Below are positions 5,787-7,400 of a stretch of 7,400 nt of DNA, piece by piece. Below the pieces are notes generated by a model. That model saw only the letters and a list, made by a program, of their open reading frames with translations, did not search any database and was not told where the DNA came from. How positions within the stretch are numbered: the first letter of the stretch is position 1; each line of letters begins with the position of its first letter. The stretch comes from Salpingoeca rosetta (Eukaryota > Protista > Choanoflagellata). The position numbers and the translations under genes are program-made. The DNA is taken from contig JAWQFM010000025.1 of the NCBI GenBank assembly GCA_033442325.1, positions 644,941 through 652,340 on the forward strand. Direction: 5' to 3'.

Positions 5787-6880
5787 GCGACAATTGCAAC
5801 AGTAGCACCAGCGTGAGTATGGTGTACTTCACGGCGCTGCCGGAAGCGTTTGTGGATGAGCACCTGCACCCCGTGCGCAGCGTGTTCTTGACGGAGGACG
5901 ATGTGCGGTTGCGGCGGCAGTTCGCGTGGGTGTCCACACGCGGCAGTATCACGCACACGCACTTTGACCAGGACTACAACGTGTTCGTGCAGCTGTCCGG
6001 GCGCAAGCGCTTCACGCTGTTTCCGCCGTCGCAGACACGCAAGCTGGCGCCGTATCCGCGGCTGCACCCGCTGTGGCACAAGAGCAAGGTCGACTTCACG
6101 CGCCCAAACCTCGCCCTCTTTCCCGAATACGCCCACGCGCGTGCAGTGGTGGCGGAGGTTGGGCCCGGGGACGTGCTGTACGTGCCGCCGTACTGGTGGC
6201 ACCACGTGGAGACGCTGACGGCCACGTCGCTCTCGCTGTCGACCGTCTCGCACGACGACGCAACGCGGCAGGCGATGGAGGCCGTGTACGGGATGGACCA
6301 CAAGTTTGACCGGCTGGCCAGCGCCCGCGGGCGGGTGTTTGCGCTGCGGCTGTACCTGGACCTGATGGTGCACGAGCTTGTTGGCAACCACGTGAACGAG
6401 ACGCAGCGGTTCTTCGAGGGGCTCGTGGCGCGGCGGTACAGGGGCATGGAGGACCACTTTGAGGACGACCCGCACGTGTGCGACGCAGCGCAGCGCGGGC
6501 GCATCCCAACGTCGCAGCACGTGTTTGGGGACTGCACGACAGACAAGGTGCTGGTGACGTCACACTTCTCGGAGCTGCCGCCGGCTGTGCGGGACCTGCT
6601 GTTTGATGAATACGTGGAGGAGCTGGTGGCGGAGGTAGTGGGGCCGTCGCGCGTGCTGTCCTTCTTCAAGTACTGCTTTGCAGGGCAGGACTATTACGTG
6701 ACGTCACTCGGGGACGACGAGCACGAGCTGTGGGAGTACAAGGGAGACGACGACGACGACGACGACGACGACAATGATGATGATGGCGTTGACAGTGGTG
6801 ATGGTGATGGTGATGGTGATGGTGATGGTGATGATGATGGTGATGATGGAGGGGATGGTGATGGTAATGATGATGAGTAG
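3060..6880 (+). CDS. Multi-exon gene: signal-peptide-bearing JmjC (Cupin_8-like) Fe(II)/2-oxoglutarate-dependent oxygenase, about 1023 aa
   Basis: Phase-consistent GT-AG model with exons 3060-3811, 3917-3963, 4037-4162, 4323-4417, 4650-5003 and 5183-6880 (3072 nt in total). Donors are GTGCAT, GTATGG, GTAAGC, GTCAGT and GTCTGA. The introns carry (CTG)n, (TTTG)n and TG/CA microsatellites. The N-terminus MTCTMWPLAVLAALAVLNRGSCLA is signal-peptide-like. Exon 5 has the JmjC-associated PVVLRHSVVGTWSGAHAW motif and exon 6 has the catalytic core. The 5' exon boundaries are manual predictions. Confidence 0.7.
4261..4284 (+). repeat. (CTG)8 intronic microsatellite
   Basis: Eight perfect CTG units within predicted intron 4163-4322. 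Confidence 0.9.
4470..4565 (+). repeat. (TTTG)n plus TG-rich intronic microsatellite
   Basis: ttgtttgtttg... (4470-4500) followed by degenerate TG repeats, within predicted intron 4418-4649. Confidence 0.9.
5183..6880 (+). CDS. Terminal exon encoding the JmjC/Cupin_8 catalytic domain (FIH/JMJD5/HSPBAP1/TYW5-type) plus an acidic tail
   Basis: THTHFDQDYNVFVQLSGRKRFTLFPP contains the HxD at 5960-5968 and the 2OG-binding Lys at 6005. Also SKVDFTRPNLALFP and EVGPGDVLYVPPYWWHHVET (distal His at 6200). Third codon positions are strongly G/C biased. Stop TAG at 6878-6880. Confidence 0.92.
5642..5785 (+). repeat. Coding (AAC)n trinucleotide repeat (poly-Asn) interrupted by four TTA codons
   Basis: 48 codons arranged N7-L-N4-L-N7-L-N14-L-N12, in frame in the JmjC exon. 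Confidence 0.97.
6746..6877 (+). repeat. Coding GAC/GAT/GGT low-complexity repeat (Asp/Gly acidic tail)
   Basis: (GAC)9 is followed by (GGTGAT)n and GAT runs, encoding DDDDDDDDDNDDDGVDSGDGDGDG...DDE*. Confidence 0.93.
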
Positions 6881-6998
6881 GGGGTAGATCGTTGGGTGAG
6901 TGGATGGCTATTTGAATGGATGCAAGCAGGTGATTGACTGCTCTGTTCTCTTCTTTTGTTTTCTTGAGTGTGCGTGTGAACCGCAAGCTGGCTTTGGC

Positions 6999-7019
6999 GG
7001 GGGGGGGGGGGGGCGGGGG
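6999..7019 (+). repeat. Poly-G tract (G15-C-G5) downstream of the JmjC stop codon
   Basis: Directly visible homopolymer run. Confidence 0.9.
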
Positions 7020-7350
7020 AAAGGCTGACAGCCACATTTACACGTCACGTGTTATGCCAGTGCATGTTGACAATCTGTTTAACGGGTGGAAGTACGTATG
7101 TAAATGAAGCAGCATGTCTTTGCGCGTTGGGGGACAGCGCACAGCGCAACAGTCACCAGGAGGCGGGAACGCTATTGACATGAACATGTTACATTGCCTA
7201 TGAACAGCACACGAAAGTGTTGAAAGAGGTTGCACACATGCGCACAATGACACACATGTACACATACACGCATCTGATTGCATGTGTGTGGTTACAAGAC
7301 TTCGCAATGCGTGATGTAATCGAGGTTTGGGAAGTTGGCTTCAAGGTACC

Positions 7351-7400
7351 TGCGTGCGTGCGTGTGCGTGTGCGTGTGTGTGTGGGGTGGGGGGGGTGGT
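7351..7400 (+). repeat. (TGCG)n/(TG)n microsatellite and G-rich run, possibly the start of an intron
   Basis: Follows the donor-like CAAG|GTACCT at 7345/7346 and resembles the TG-rich introns elsewhere in the window. Confidence 0.7.

Noticed and set aside
6710-6880. ER-retention signal in the JmjC protein
   Set aside because: The C-terminus is ...GNDDE*, not KDEL/HDEL, and the EHEL-like sequence is internal.
6999-7019. Functional G-quadruplex in the 3' region
   Set aside because: It is a simple G homopolymer in a repeat-rich genome with no supporting evidence of function, and homopolymer length is error-prone.
4423-7037. Long minus-strand ORFs (4423-5529, 5578-5958, 5747-6520, 5974-6669, 6666-7037)
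   Set aside because: They are antisense shadows of GC-rich coding exons and trinucleotide repeats (poly-L, poly-V, poly-H, poly-S) with no independent motifs.

Overview
Eukaryotic, intron-rich genomic DNA with CA/TG microsatellite-laden introns and homopolymeric amino-acid tracts. The style is reminiscent of the choanoflagellate Salpingoeca rosetta, but that is an inference from sequence style only. (1) 353-2604 is a full-length pogo/Tigger-type (Tc1/mariner-related) DNA transposon with perfect 23-bp terminal inverted repeats (TIRs), a TA target-site duplication and a DD32D transposase. A 100-N assembly gap splits the transposase gene, and a probable C-terminal segment with a PCNA-binding PIP-box motif lies after the gap. 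(2) The element sits in a CA microsatellite and appears to be nested in a degraded PIF/Harbinger-like transposase relic (clearest at about 2688-2856, possibly also at about 8-290). (3) About 3060-6880 is a + strand, roughly 6-exon gene for an approximately 1020-aa protein with a predicted N-terminal signal peptide, an unassigned N-terminal domain, a Cupin_8-type JmjC Fe(II)/2-oxoglutarate oxygenase domain with a Leu-punctuated poly-Asn insertion, and an Asp/Gly acidic tail. Most other listed ORFs are antisense shadows or microsatellite translations.
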